Shown here: positions 1-14,265 of the stretch, in pieces | Layout: each line of letters starts with the position of its first letter | How positions within the stretch are numbered: position 1 is the stretch's first letter | From: Octopus vulgaris | Lineage: Eukaryota | NCBI GenBank assembly: GCA_951406725.2 | Contig: OX597820.1 | Coordinates: 71,114,001-71,178,000 of the forward strand | Direction: 5' to 3' | Length of the DNA: 64,000 nt | Program-made: the position numbers and the translations under genes | The notes under the pieces: model-generated | What the model saw: only the letters and a program-made list of their open reading frames with translations | The model's database searches: none | What the model was told of the DNA's origin: nothing

Positions 1-68
1 TCCAGCTTGGCTGCAGTCAAATGACAAACAAGTAAAAGAGTACACACACACACACATACACACAAACA

Positions 69-186
69 TAGATTGGTAGATAGGCAAGCAGGCAGGTAGG
101 TAGGAGGTAGGCAGGTAGGTAGGAGGTAGGTAGGTAGGTAGGTAGGTAGGTAGGTAGGTAGGTAGGTAGGTAGGTAAATAGATAGA

Positions 187-222
<36 letters not shown>

Positions 223-267
223 TAGACAGACAGACAGACAGACTGAGAGATAGATAGATAGACAGAC

Positions 268-365
<98 letters not shown>

Positions 366-430
366 TTAGATAGATAGACAGACAGATAGACAAACAGACA
401 GATAGATAGATAGACAGATAGATAGATGTA
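69..430. repeat. Compound tetranucleotide microsatellite (GGTA)n/(GATA)n/(GACA)n
   Basis: Directly visible; it explains the low-complexity ORF 17..487. Confidence 0.95.
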
Positions 431-824
431 CATATACATATACAAACACACGCAGATAGACAGATGTGTTTGTATATCTTTTTTCAATGTATATCAATGA
501 AGGTTACAAACATTGGTGAGAAGTCCCTTGTCACTCTCATTGTCAAAAACACAGTGCACCAGTAACTAACCCATTGCAAACCAATCACCAATGATCCTAT
601 TGTTCGTAAAAAGGTTTTTTTTTATTCCTAATGATCCTATTTCTCATAATGATCTTATTGTTCATAACGATCCTATTGTTTATAAGTAATGATTTGGATG
701 GGAACAAATAAAATATGTAGTTACAAAAACACCATCAATTTCACTTCCAATTTATTTTCTTAGCTTGATTGAAAAACTGTCTTTCTATATATGCTGTGTA
801 TTTTTTTTTTTTTTTTTTTTTTTT

Positions 825-1180
825 GCACTGCACAATCCAAATGGTTGGCATGGAGTTGTTCTGCAACACACTTCAACCTCTGGCCTGCAGATGTGCTTTC
901 TGCACTCTCTGCCTTTGCTATAGCAACCACAGTAGTCTCTGCACTTTGAGTTTGGTTGATTCATACAACCACCAGCATGGATCACCCGACTAGTTCATCT
1001 CTCCTCTCGTCATATACATTCTATCTGTCAGGTGCACTGCTTCAAGAATTTCTAAAGTAACAGAATAAAAAAATATTAAACTCAGAAAAGACTTCGGTAA
1101 ATTCCATCTATTTTGTTAGCAATCTAAGAAATAAATCTTGCTTCAAATCTTAATGAAAAATTTGTCCTCTTTATCAAATG
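825..1180 (-). mobile_element. Possible piggyBac transposase C-terminal Cys-rich domain relic
   Basis: The minus frame KCRDYCGCYSKGRECRKHICRPEVEVCCRTTPCQPFGLC resembles the C-terminal Cys-rich domain of piggyBac transposases. Upstream sequence is degenerate and I found no TIR or TTAA. Confidence 0.3.
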
Positions 1181-1967
1181 TTTTTTCATTCACATTTTCA
1201 TGTTCACTTGAGGAGGATACATTTTGTAAATTTGGATGTGTGTATATGAATTTTATTTTTATAATTGGAGACCCTAAATACATTTTGTAAAGGAAGAAAG
1301 GAATTTATTGTTCTCTTAATCATAATTGTTCTCTTAATTATAAAGCAACATTGTAGAGAGGTTGGTAAAATTCCAGAAACCTAAATGGAACATTGTAAGG
1401 TAGGTTCTAAGCAGAAATCCCTAAATAAAGAGAAAAGAAACAACCAAGACACAAATGGATCAAAGATTTTGGAATAAGCATGAAAAAGATGGGATACACC
1501 TGAAATCATCAACATCCACTTTTTCATGCTTTCAGAGGGAATTTCTTGAGGCTGATGCCCTTCATGTCCACAACCCTCACCTGTTTCTAAGCGAGTTAAT
1601 ATTACCCCCATGGTTCGACATGTTTTTCACAAAAGGGTAGAAACAAACAACCTAGTTTGTATAACAATGATGTTCATTTACAACCATCACATGATGTCTA
1701 GGCAAGAGTCCACAAAAACATTTCTATTTACCAAATCCACTTACAAGCTTTTGGTCAACCCAGAGCTATTACTGAAGACTCTTGCCCAAGATGCTAACGT
1801 GCCAAGATCACATGGTTGGGAAGCAAGCTTGATGCTACTTAAGCATGTTGTCTACCACAGTGTCTGTAGTCTATGTCATGAAATGACCTGATCTATTGAG
1901 AGAGACCTCAGCTGTTTTTGTGATTTCTCAAGGTATGAATTTATTACCTGTTTTTTTCTTTTCTTTT

Positions 1968-2345
1968 TTCTCTTTTACTTGTTTCAGTCATTTGACTGCG
2001 GCCATGCTGGAGCACTGCCTTTAGTTGAGCAAATCAACCCTCGGACTTATTCTTTGGAAGCCTAGTACTTATTATATCGGTCTCTTTTGCCAAACCGCTA
2101 AGTTACAGGGACATAAATATATCACTATCAGTTGTCAAGCAATGTTGTGGGGACAAACACAGACACACAAACATATATACATATATACGACAGGCTTTCA
2201 GTTTCTACCAAATCCACTCACAAGGCTTTGGTTGGCCCGAGGCGATAGTAGAAGACACTTGCCCAAGGTGCCACGCAGTGGGAATGAACCCGGAACCATG
2301 TGGTTGGTAAGCAAGCTACTTATCACACAGCCACTCCTACGCCTA
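1968..2345 (-). mobile_element. tRNA-derived SINE (dominant family in this window)
   Basis: Head GGAGTGGCTGTG...GGTTCATTCCC (A/B-box-like), internal (TA/TG)n and tail GCAGTCAAATGACTGAAACAAGTAAAAGA. Homologous to ~20 other copies in the window. Confidence 0.9.
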
Positions 2346-4056
2346 TGCTTTTTTTTGTGTGTTACCTTTTGACCAGTCAGTATTCCTGATTAGTCGATAT
2401 AAAAGATCAATCAGCTATCAACTACATCAGTATCTTCTTCAAATTCAAGCCAATAACACACTTTACCTACTACAATGTTGTTAACATATAATAAGTGCCG
2501 AGAGGTATGTGAAACCATTGCTTCTCATCATCAACAAGGAAAGATGGTTGGAAGAAGTGATAGCACATTCAGACAGTCAAGGCAGGATTTGCTGATTGAC
2601 AGAGATACAACTATGTGAGAATGCTAAATGGCACCAATGCTTCTCTCTCTGAAGTTAGTGATGCAGATGCACAAAGCAACAGGAACCATGGATGTAAAAT
2701 TAATGGCCCTTGAGGATTTACTCTCAAACAGAAACTCTGTCTGTTGATATTTTTATATGGAACAGCATGACAGAAACACCCTATTACCAACCACTGAGCA
2801 AGAATGTGAAAAAGATACAGTGATTCATTTGGATGTATGACCTACATATAGTAATCTAATTAATTGCTTGTATTGACTTATAAGCCTTTAACTCTTTCGC
2901 ATTTAAAGTGGTCATATCCAGTTTTATGTTTAAAATAGCCAGATCTGGCCACCCACACATACCTTACAATGTTGTTGTTGTTGTAGGTGTAAGAGGCTTG
3001 ATCTGGCCAGTTTGAACATGAAATAGGTAGAATGTTTAGGCTGGATATCGCTGGTTTAAATGCTAAAGGTTTAAAGAAAATGAGAGATGGGTGCCACAAA
3101 TTTCTTAGCCACACAGCCACACTTATGCTTATATCAACTTGAAAAGACTTGGCAGGAAGCTGTCAGGAAAATCTATTGAAGGTAGCCTATGACAAAAATA
3201 AGCAAAAACGTAAGAAACTAAAGGTTATTTCGAAAAAGTAAGAATTGTAATTAAAGACACTGCTACAAAAATCTACAAACTGATAGCTCAAATAATGATA
3301 AGGAAAGAAATAATTTTCGGTTGCAGTGGATAATGCACATATTAGAAGATAATGAATGCAGAACAGAGTGAGACAGTTAGGAATGGTTCAGAATAAAGAA
3401 GTATTTATCAATCTAATAACAGAATACTCACTCAATACATAGCTTAAGAATTTATGTGTGTTTGAGTTAGTGTGAGAGAGAGAGAGAGAGAGAGAGAAGG
3501 AAAGCATGTGTATGTGTGGGGGAAGGGTGCGCATGTGCGTGCACAAAGATAATTTATCTAAGATAACAAGGCAAAGAATAAGATTTCTCATATGAAAATG
3601 CTGATATTTCTAATAATGTTGAGAGTCAAATATTTCAAAATTTCTTTCATGATTACATGATTGGTAAAATTACTCAAGCAGTTTTCAATCTTTGCTCAGT
3701 TCTCTATACATCATTCATTCCTCCAAGACATTTATTACATAGTTTTGACTCTGTACACTTGTTGACCAACACCCAATAACTAGCAATAGTAGAAAGAAGA
3801 CACTAACAGTGTTCAATGACTGCAATGATTTTGTTTTGTTAAACTGACGTTAATGATTTATTATTGCAAATAATCATGTGGAAATTATTTGAAATTGTCT
3901 GTGGCATATATTAAATTGTAATCTTCAGACATATGGTCAAAAAATATTTCAAGAAATAAAAAGCACATATTTCCTTCAGTTCTTGACTGTAAAGGATTTT
4001 CTGCAATGAAAATTTCTCTAGTCATGTTCAATTTCTAAAAGTTTTTACTGATAAGT

Positions 4057-4460
4057 GTAGGCATGGCTGTGTGGTTAAGAAACTTGTTTTGCACTAATGT
4101 GGGTTCGAAGTTAAGTCTCACAGTGTGGTGTCTTGCATGATATCTCAGGCAAAACAACGCCTTGTGAGTGAATATGGTTGATGGAAACTGTGCAGATGCC
4201 TGGCATATGAATATATGTATGTGCATGTGCATGTGTGCATGCATGTGTGTGTGTGTTTGCCCCCTCATCAAAAAAAAAGCAGTTAATAACTGGTTTTGGT
4301 TTATTTATGTTGTAATTAGGAGTTCAAAGAAAGAGACTAATAAAATAAGTAACAAACTTTAAAAAATAAGCACTGGGCTAAATTTCTTTGACTAAGCCCT
4401 TCATGACAGTGCCCCAGTATGGCCATGGTCCAATGACTGAAACAAGGCAAAGATAAAAGT
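4057..4460 (+). mobile_element. tRNA-derived SINE, diverged copy
   Basis: Same head, body and tail as 16603-17020. Confidence 0.8.
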
Positions 4461-4492
4461 AAGGATTACATTCGGGAATATTTTTGTTATTT

Positions 4493-4690
4493 CATCATCA
4501 TCATCATCATCGTTTAACGTGTCCGTTTTCCATACTAGCATGGGTTGGACGGTTCGACCGGGGTCTGGGAAAGCCAGGAGGCTGCACCAGGCTCCAGTCT
4601 GATCTGGCAGTGTTTCTACAGCTGGATGCCCTTCCTAACGCCAACCACTCTGTGAATGTAGTGGGTGCTTTTTACGTGCCATTGGCACAG
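4493..4690 (-). mobile_element. 5'-truncated RTE LINE 3' end with (GAT)n tail
   Basis: Matches the 3' UTR attached to the RT fragment at 28560-28736 (GGAAGGGCATCCAGCTG...AAACGATGATGAT). Confidence 0.85.
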
Positions 4691-6076
4691 GGGCAAACTC
4701 CAACAGCTGAGTTAGAAGAGGAAGAGAAAGTGTCTTTGATCCTTCTTAGAACCTCCAAGGAGAGAAGGGATGAAGTTTCCTTCAGAAGAGAGACCTCATG
4801 CAACAGAATGGACCTGTCTATAAAAAACAGGGGAACTCAAGAGCTAGATAATGGTATTAAACCAAGTAACCTGGCTGAAACCAGCTCTGGCTCTCAGTAC
4901 AAATGTCTTGTTTTCATCAGTTTTGAATTAAAATCTTCCACCAAACTTTAGTCATAATTTATGTTCCTAACACTGGCTGAATGATAATTAAGTTATTTTA
5001 GTAAATTCTTTGTTATATTTAAAGTAATTGAAAGAAAAAGAGAGCATCTCAAAATAAATACAGTAATGAAAGGGTTAAGTCAACTGATCAAGAACTGGAA
5101 CAGTGCCTCCAATATTCTGGTTCTTCCACATTCTCTGCCAAGTAAATTTCACCTGTAAGGTATTGGTCAACCCAAAGTCTTAGCAGAAGACATCTGCCCA
5201 AACTACTAAGGTAGAACTTGAAACCAAGTAACTGCAATGCGAACTTCTTAGCCACAGTGCTATGTATGCAGCATCTTAACAAAATGCACACTAATGTGTG
5301 TATATATTTATATAGGTGTGCATGTATGTATATTTATATGAGGCACAGGCATAGCTGTGTGGTAAGAAGACTGCTCCCTAACCATACGATTCTGGGTTCA
5401 GTTCCATGCATGGCACCTTGAGCAAGTGACTTCTACTATAGCCTCAGGCCAACCAAAGCCTTGTGAGTGGATCTGGAAGATAGAAGCTGAAAGAAGCTTA
5501 TCCAGTTGCAGAAACCATGCCATAACAGACAGTTGGAGTCCAGAGAGCTCCCTGCTAGTCAGTTCCATATCAAACCCATGCCGGCATGGAGAGCAGATGT
5601 TAAACAATAATGATGACAATGATGATACATACTGACATACATACTGACAGACAAATAGATAGATACATACATACAGACAGACAGACAAATAGATAGATAG
5701 ATAGATACATACATACATACATACATACATACAAATTTAGGGAACGGAGCAGGTAAACTCCAGGCCCCATTTTTCCTAGCTAACAGAACCTTGGAAGTAG
5801 TAATTACTCAATGAGGGGTGCTCCACTGTAGAATACCACTTGTTACCTACTCCATTCCCTAAATCTGAATTTTCATTTGCATGCACAGTAACCCAAGTTG
5901 CTAACTGTGAACTGTAAAATAACTTTTTCAAGTTTTTCAAAGTTTGATTATGGGGTAAAATTTGCAACCAATAAACCACTATAATTCCTGAAAGTTGTTT
6001 TTTATAACTTCTATGGAGTGTTCAAAGCATACCTAACTTCTGACACCTGGACCCTTGGATGCTACCTTTACATATC

Positions 6077-6113
<37 letters not shown>

Positions 6114-6129
6114 CCCCCCCCCCCCCCCG

Positions 6130-6437
6130 TCATGACTGGCTACTGTGTCGGTGGCACGTAAAAAGCACCATCCGAATGTGCCCGATGCCAGTGTCACCTG
6201 AGGCTCCCATGCTGGTGGCATGCAAGAAGCACCTACTACACTCTCGGAGTGATTGGCATTAGGAAGGGCATCCAGCTGTAGAAACATTGCCAGATCAGAT
6301 TGGAGCCTGGTGCGGCCTCCTGGCTTGCTAGTCTCCAGTCAAACCATCATGGAAAATGCCATCATGGAAAATGCTATCATGGAAAATGCCATCATGGAAA
6401 ATGGATGTTAAACGATGATGATAATGATGATATATGC

Positions 6438-6495
<58 letters not shown>

Positions 6496-6630
6496 AGCTG
6501 TAGAGACTCTGCCAGATCAGATTGAAGTCTGGTGCAGCCATCTGGTTTGCCAGACCTCAGTCAAATTGTCCAACCCATGCTAGCATGGAAAGCAGATGTT
6601 AAACAATGATGATGATGATGATGATGATGA
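6130..6630 (+). mobile_element. Two RTE LINE 3' UTR fragments, the first with a 4x15-bp CATCATGGAAAATGC expansion
   Basis: Homology to 28330-28736; tandem unit at ~6345-6400. Confidence 0.8.
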
Positions 6631-8106
6631 TATATATATAATTCTCTGTGTGTGTATCGATGTTTGTGTCCCATTCTCGCTTGACAACCAGTGTTGGTGT
6701 GTTTATTATCCCTGTAACTTAGTGGTTCGCTGAAAGAGATCAAGAGAATAAGCACCAGGCTTAAAAAGAAGAAATAAAAAAGCATTGGGGTCAACTCATT
6801 CAACTAAACTTTCTTCAAGGCAGTGCTCCAGCATGGCTGCAGTCCAATGATCAAAGCAAGTAAAAGATAAAAGTTAAGAGATCATTTAGTAAGCAAGGTG
6901 GTACTTCAGACAAACTTTGCTTGTTCACAAGCTCTTTTGGAAAAATCTATCTGGTCACTTTTGAATCGTCTGAAATTACCAAATCAACACTTCAGTACTG
7001 TTGCTCTTCTTTATTGATAAGTTAATATATTTTCATATTCAACTGTGTAACAATTTCAATGTAGAATACTGCCTTAGGTAAATCAACAATTTCCTTGTTC
7101 AAACGTGTTGAAATTTTTTTTTGCCCAATATTATTTCAATAACATTAAGACCATTCATGTGTCATCTGGGAATTAATTTAGATCTATATCGAGTAAGATG
7201 ATTTCAGTTATATGATCACAATTATCCAAATGAAGAATCGATTTATTGAATTATCTTTAGATGTTGTGTATATGAACACACTTAGCCTTTGTGTGAAAGC
7301 ATAAGTTAAAACATATGATCAGCAACGAGTCTGTCAAGATTTTGTCATTTTCAGTATTGAATAATATATAATGAATTGGCTTGGTCCGAATGGAGTTCCA
7401 CTGTTTCATATGCTGTCAAAGTTGAAAGTGCTTCCCACACACTTCCAAGAATACTAGTTTGATTTAGATCATCTCTCAACAGGAATATTTTCTCACCAAA
7501 TAGTTGAGTATCAATGAAAATTTCTTGTACTAACAGGTTCATGTCTTTCAAAAGTGAGATATGACAAACACGAATGCCTCATGAATAATAAATGGTAACT
7601 CTTTGAAATTGTAAGATTTCTGTGAATTAATTTTTGTGCTAAATATTTTAATTTTGAATTAATAAAATTGTTTTACTATCAATCACTAAATTTGGTGCTG
7701 TGTGTGTGTAGTAGTAGTAGTAGTAAGTGGCTGCAAAATTTTTTTCCTTGACCATTCAAGTCATCAGAGTATTGTATTTAGGTCTTGCCAAGATTTTGTG
7801 TGTCTTTTCATGAGATTAAAAACATGGAATAATGCCAAAATTGTTTTAGTATACTGGAAACATCTTATGGACTCTTGAGTCCATTCAGAATCGTTTTCCA
7901 CTGTCTTTCAATTGATTGCTGTCAATGTCTGAATTAGCATACAACTGTCTTCAGGTCATTAACAATTTTTAACTATGATCATGGCTGTGTGATTTAGAAG
8001 TTTGTCTCTTAAACATAAAATTTCAGGTCAGTCTTCAAGTATAACAAATGGCCAACCATATCCTTGTAAGTGGATCTTGTAGACGGAAACTGAAAAGAAG
8101 CCAGTT

Positions 8107-8167
<61 letters not shown>

Positions 8168-8186
8168 TACACACACATAAAATTTA

Positions 8187-8600
8187 GGTGTAGGCATGAC
8201 TGTGTAGTATGAAGTTTGTTTCCCAACCACATGGTTCTAGGTTCAGTCCCACTACATAGTACCTTGGACATGTGCCTTCTACAATAGCATTGGGCCAACC
8301 AAAGCCTTGTGAGTGGATTTGGTAGACGGAAACTGAAAGAAGCCTGTCATATATGATATACACGTGCACATGTGTGTATGTGTGTGTGTCTTTGTGTCTG
8401 TATTTGTTCCCCATCACTGATTGACAACTGGTACTGGCGTTTTTACACTCCCCATAACTTAGAGGGCTGGCAAAACAGACCAACAAAATAAGTACCGGGC
8501 TTAAAAAAAGCACTGGGAGTCAAATCGTTCAGCTAAGATTCTTCAAGGCAGTGCCCCAGCATGGCCAGTCTAATGACTAAAACGAGTAAAAGATGAAAGA
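8187..8600 (+). mobile_element. tRNA-derived SINE (dominant family)
   Basis: Full head-to-tail homology to 16603-17020. Confidence 0.85.
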
Positions 8601-9546
8601 TAAATATATGTATTTCTGTGCATTTATGTCTCCCGGTTTTAACATCATGTAATAGTTATAAGCAAGCATCAACCTCATTCAAACACTGTCCCTTTTTCTC
8701 CAGTATCTTCCATGAAAATATGTCCAACATGGAAAGAGGGGGCAGTGGTGAGAGTAAGGGCATCTGGTCATTGAAAATATGCCTCAACAAATCCAGGCTG
8801 ACGACGACAAGGATGATGATGATGATGATGATGAGGAGGAGGAGGAGGAGGAGGAGGAGGAGGAGGGGATTGTAGTAGAATTTGGAAGGAAAATTTCACT
8901 TCCTCCTCCAAGCTTACTGACTTCATTTCTTTTCCTGTCCTCTACTGGTATTTTCCCCTCTGTGAATAGTTCTGGTTAAAAGTATTTGATAACTCAATAT
9001 ACAACACACAGTTTGCATTTTCACTCATTTCATTCAGAAAAACCCAGTTTATAAAAATAAGCAAATCGTATACCAACTCTAATAACATCTATTCATGAAC
9101 CAACAAGAAAACAAGTCTCATCATGTTCACTTGACCCACTAGAAATAACTGCCAAATTTCCCTCAACTAACACCCTAATATCTTAAATAAGAAAAGGATA
9201 TATTATACAATGTAGTCATAGATACCCACCTGCAAAAATGAAAAAAATCAGAAATGGAATAATCACAGCTGGAAAACCTTTGATCATATGTCTATTCAAT
9301 CAGAACTGTCCTAAGGCTAAGCAACAACAACTTTAGGTATTTCTTCTCTTTCTTCGATATACACCAATTGTTCCCCAAGATGAACTGCAAGACAAGTAAG
9401 TCACTGCATGTTGTCTGTCATTCATTAGAGTTTTAACAACAGCACAATGCCTCTGGTCTCTACATATATTAATAGTTATATGTATGTTCGTTATGTGACT
9501 ATGTTAATTAACATGTTTATCTAAATCTGCATATATATATATACAC

Positions 9547-10040
9547 ATATATAATTATATTAAGGGAGCAGGACGAAACAACCTGTCTCCTACATGCTTG
9601 AAATAAATTCCAAGGCACTAAGAAACTTCCAAATAATTCCAAAGACACAAGTAGCAGTCGGGCAAGTGAAAAAACACTAAAAATATTTCATGTTAACTGT
9701 GAATTGGTTCCAATTTTTGGATTAAAATCAAAAAAAGACCTATTTTCCTTCATCAACACAATACACAGGAATATAGATACAAATAATTATACATACCTGT
9801 GCAGATTCGCATGTCTACATACAAATATTTGCATGTATAGACCAAAAATATATTTCAGATTTATATTTGTTCACCACAACCATGTGTATATTATCAAAAT
9901 AGCTCTGCACTGTTTTTTCACTTGCCCGACTGCTACTTGTGTCTTTGGAATTATTTGGAAGTTTCTTAGTGCCTTGGAATTTATTTCAAGCATGTAGGAG
10001 ACAGGTTGTTTCGTCCTGCTCCCTTAATATAATTATATAT
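9547..10040 (-). mobile_element. Foldback element (~130-bp inverted arms) with a degenerate hammerhead in the spacer
   Basis: Arms 9547-9676 and 9911-10040 are essentially perfect reverse complements, flanked by (TA)n. The minus strand of 9698-9760 reads TTGATGA-A-GGA...TCC-AAAA-ATTGG-AA-CCAAT-TC. Confidence 0.75.
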
Positions 10041-10043
10041 GTG

Positions 10044-10136
<93 letters not shown>

Positions 10137-10143
10137 GCTTTTG

Positions 10144-10181
<38 letters not shown>

Positions 10182-13100
10182 TGCCATATGTTATAATCCT
10201 GTAAATAATAATAATGGTATTTATATAAGTTTAATGCTTATGGCAGTCGCCATGCAATGACTAAGGAAAATAGTCTAATAAAGGGACATATAAGCCCTCA
10301 ACAGAAAAAAGAAGGCTTTCCTATCTGTGTGGGACTCAAACCCATGTCCATTTGTTAACGTGACTAAGTGTGTTACCTTATATAAATATCATTCCAAAGG
10401 TATTCATTTCTATATATTTAAATACTTTCCAAAATAAACATCATTTTCATGACTTCAAGGAAACAATAAGATGTTGCACAAATACTTAGATTTGAGTGCA
10501 ATTTCTTACAAAGCAGAAACAGCTGTAAGCTAATAAAGTTGATAAGATAATTCCTGTTCCTTTGCCATTCAATGATTTTATCAACTGGTTATCTAAATAT
10601 TTCTGGATGACAAGTACCATTAACAATGTTTTGGAATGCCACTGTTGCTTTGAAGGCTTTCTATAGCTGGCAAGATTTTATGTTTATCTGGTACGGTATT
10701 TTCTGATCAGGCATTTATTACAAGAAACAACTAAACTGATTATAAAGGATAGCGTGTCTCACTTCAACATGTACTCCCTCTAGACAATACAATAGATATG
10801 CATTGACGACAGCAATAGCATGATCTTGAAACATATTAGGGAAAAATCTTTATGCATATTCCAATTTCTATAGAGAGTATTCAGATTTTGGATACCAAAT
10901 GGATCATCTATCATTGTCTTTGTATAACTAATTCATACAAGTGAAGCTCACTCCTTTTGTGAAGAATTTCTGCATAAATGTGGCAGTCAATCAATATTGT
11001 TATCTGTGTCAATCATATTGCCATCATTCCAGATGAAAAGCATGTGGGTATGAGGCAATCCGTGTTTTGGGAATTCAATAATGTGTACAAATGTTGTTAC
11101 TTTCTCATACCCAGGAAGCAATATGGACAGTAAATCATAGTGATGAACAAATCCAGCTTACCAAATTTAATGATAATGGCCATCACATTTTATCACACAA
11201 TGTTACTTAACACATTTTCTGATCTACAAATCCATTAAGGTGATCTATCATTCCTCTATGTTGCCCAACACTTAACCAATACTTTAAAAACTTCAGATTA
11301 TTGGCTTCACCAGCAAGTGTTTATACACTGTCCACCACTAGAATAATTTTCCACTACACAATGGCACTAATACTCAAACCCTCATTGCTGTTTGTGCAAA
11401 CAAGGATATGTGAGATGTTTCTCGTGGAGAATTGGTTATTGCTCTTAAATAAGCTGTTGGTTATTAATGTTATTAACCCCTACATCAATCCTTTTCAAGT
11501 AAATCTATAATTAAAAGTATTCAAACTATGGAATACTTTATCTTTTTCTCAGGCTGCATATTTAAAATTATATTATCAATTATAACCTGTCTTCTTTAAA
11601 ATAGTTAAGAAAGACTTTTTTAATACATAAAAAGAGTGATTTGGGAAAGGTTTGAGTGCTATTTCTAGCAAGTCAAATGATTACATGAGAGGTTCTCTTG
11701 TCAGCAAATCACTGAGGCTGCTTTGCATGTCTAGTTATCATCTATGTCACCCATGAAAATAGAATGACATAAATTATTCTCTTTAAATGAGAAACGAACA
11801 TTTTTCAGTGTAAAGAGCCAATATCACTGCAGTCATGTTGAAATATTGTCTCTTTATTCACAGACCATAATATCGGTCACTTAATCCTGTCACTGATTCA
11901 TTTAATATATCTACTGTACAGTATGTATCCGTTCTCACCATCAAAGAGGAAATAGCATTTTGAAGACTGTCATTTTCTCTCACTCTCACCTTTCTTTATA
12001 CTAAAGGACCCTATTTCATACCAGCGATATATCTACCTATCGATCATTTACCATTTTCTGTTTATATCTGTCTCGTGTATCACTAAATATTTATTTAGCA
12101 CCACATGCAAGGAAATAAATAAACCACACACACACAAGTTTGTCATTGTTCTACATCAATTAAAAACAGTGAGATGGCCAAAGAGTTTACTGTGCTATAC
12201 AAAATGTTTAGCAGGATTTTTTTCTGGCTTTATGTTCTGAGTTCAAATTCCACTGAGGTCAACCTTGCTTGTCACTCTTTCAGGGTTGATAAAATAAGTG
12301 CCAGTTGAACACTGAGGTCAAAGTAATTGATTAGCCTTGCCCTCCAAAATTTCAGGCCTTGTTCCTATAAGACTCATCAACTCATCCATATCATGAGCAA
12401 GATCGAATCACAAATCTGGATATCTGTACATCACTTATTGAAACAAGTATTGCTATATATGTCTGTCCATGCAATGCAGAAATGAGTTAGCTCTAACTCT
12501 ACTATTGGATAAATCTGAGAGTGATATGTTCTCAGACCATCACCATCATCACAATTTAACATCTATTTTCTATAGTTTGAATAGTTTTACAGGAGTTGGC
12601 AAGGCTGGGAGCTATATCAGGCTTCGTTGTCTGCTTTGGCATGGTTTCTATGGCCAGATACCCTTCCTAACACCAAGCACTTTACAGAGTGTACTGGATG
12701 CTTTTTACATGGTACCAGCACTGGTGCTTTTCATGAGGCACTAGCACCAGGGCTTTTTACATGGTACCAGCACCAGTACCATTTGCATGGCACCAGCACC
12801 AGTACTTTTTATGAGGGACCACCGCCAACAAGGTCACCAAGTACTCTGCAAGACAAAAACAAGGGACAACAAACATACATTATTGTACATTTACTTAATG
12901 TTTCTCTCAGAACTATTTTTGCTTCACTGAGGAGATCTAGTAAGACCAAAATAAGTCCAGTGTTTTCTTCCAGACTTACCAAAATTCTCAGAGCAAAGTT
13001 GGCCAATAACTACCTTATTATTTCATTTATTTATTTTTCTTTCTTGAATAATTATGTCTAATTGAAAGCATGGTTTAGGGTTCAGTTCCACTGTATGGCA

Positions 13101-13609
13101 CTTAGGCTAGTGTCTTATCCTATAGCCCCAGGCTAACTAAGGCCTTTTGAGTGGATTTGGTAAAAGATGGAAATTGAAAGAAGCCTGTCATATATACATA
13201 TCTAATACAATAAGTGTAGAAACTAATTTCTATGTGTCAGTGTGTCACACTTTGCACCCCTCTGTCACTATTCAATGACACTTCTACTATTCCTCATGTT
13301 GGGGTGAGAGTAATAGTAGGCATAAAGATGGTGAGGGCAGTGGTGAAGACAGAGAGAGAGAGACAAAAGAAAAAGAGAGGGAGAGAAAGTGAGAAATTTA
13401 GGAAAAGTTGATGTTTTATTAAAAGTAGTAGTGTTGATGGTAGCAGTGGGAGTAATAATAACAGAGAGAGAAAGAGTGGGTATGTGAGAGAAAGAGGGAG
13501 GTGATGTACAACATTGTTTAACCATGTCTCTTTCACAGAAATTCTTGTCGCCAGTATACTGAATACTATCATTTTTGTTTTAATTTTTACATTCTTTGAT
13601 ACATATACA

Positions 13610-13695
<86 letters not shown>

Positions 13696-14097
13696 GTCTC
13701 TGACCCAATATTTATAACATGAGACTCATCCCTATAACAATGGGTTTTATTTTTCTAATTTGTAAATATTGTACTTAATGTTTGTTCATGCAAAAACATG
13801 GAATTAAAAGAAACCTGACTTTATTTTTCAATGTAAAACATCGAAATTACAGTGTAGGCTAAACACATGAACTCATAGGCACACGTATGCACACACTCAC
13901 ACTCACACACACACACACACACACACACTATCTTCTTTCTTGCTTTTAGTGATGACTGCACCCCATCCTTTTTTCATTATTTTCCCCATCCTAAAAGAGG
14001 CCACCATCCATGAATTCATGTCTCATCCCAGTAGCTATACAATGGTAAAAAAACTAAATAAATAAATGGTAAAAAACATTCCAAACTGAAAAGAAAT

Positions 14098-14120
14098 ACC
14101 TCCCTCTCTCTACCTATTTA

Positions 14121-14175
<55 letters not shown>

Positions 14176-14265
14176 GTCTACCTACCTATCTGTCTATCTA
14201 TCTATCTATCTATCTGTCCATAAATCTGTGTATTCATCTACTTATCTATCCATCTATCTATCTCC
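14098..14265. repeat. (TCTA/TCTG)n microsatellite
   Basis: Directly visible. Confidence 0.9.

Larger units (their letters stand above)
5776..13010 (-). mobile_element. Degenerate Helitron RepHel relic, fragmented by later insertions
   Basis: Colinear minus-strand pieces: LHGQTY (~12460), FDGENGY (~11930), Rep motif 1 MAIIIKFGKLDLFITMIYCP (11124-11186), Rep HUH motif VHIIEFPKHGLPHTHM (11041-11088), AEI..LYELV..TMIDDPFG (~10890-10975), LAVHLGEQLVY (~9355-9390), PIF1-like LFGEKIFLLRDDLNQT (ORF 7351-7551) and a weak motif V-like QTLK (~5935). Many stops and frameshifts; the ends are approximate. Confidence 0.8.

Noticed and set aside
4484-4951. 155-aa ORF
   Set aside because: It is a chimera of an antisense RTE UTR, an unidentified ~150-bp fragment and another repeat, with no coherent protein signal.
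12927-12962. CTGAGGA-GATCT..AGACC-AAAA..GTC
   Set aside because: It needs several corrections, has no stem I and lies in the Helitron relic.
12809-13006. ORF LLDLLSEAKIVLRETLSKCTI as possible TCEANC2 exon 2
   Set aside because: No VVVEDI motif or suitable splice sites; it fits better as the N-terminal part of the Helitron relic.
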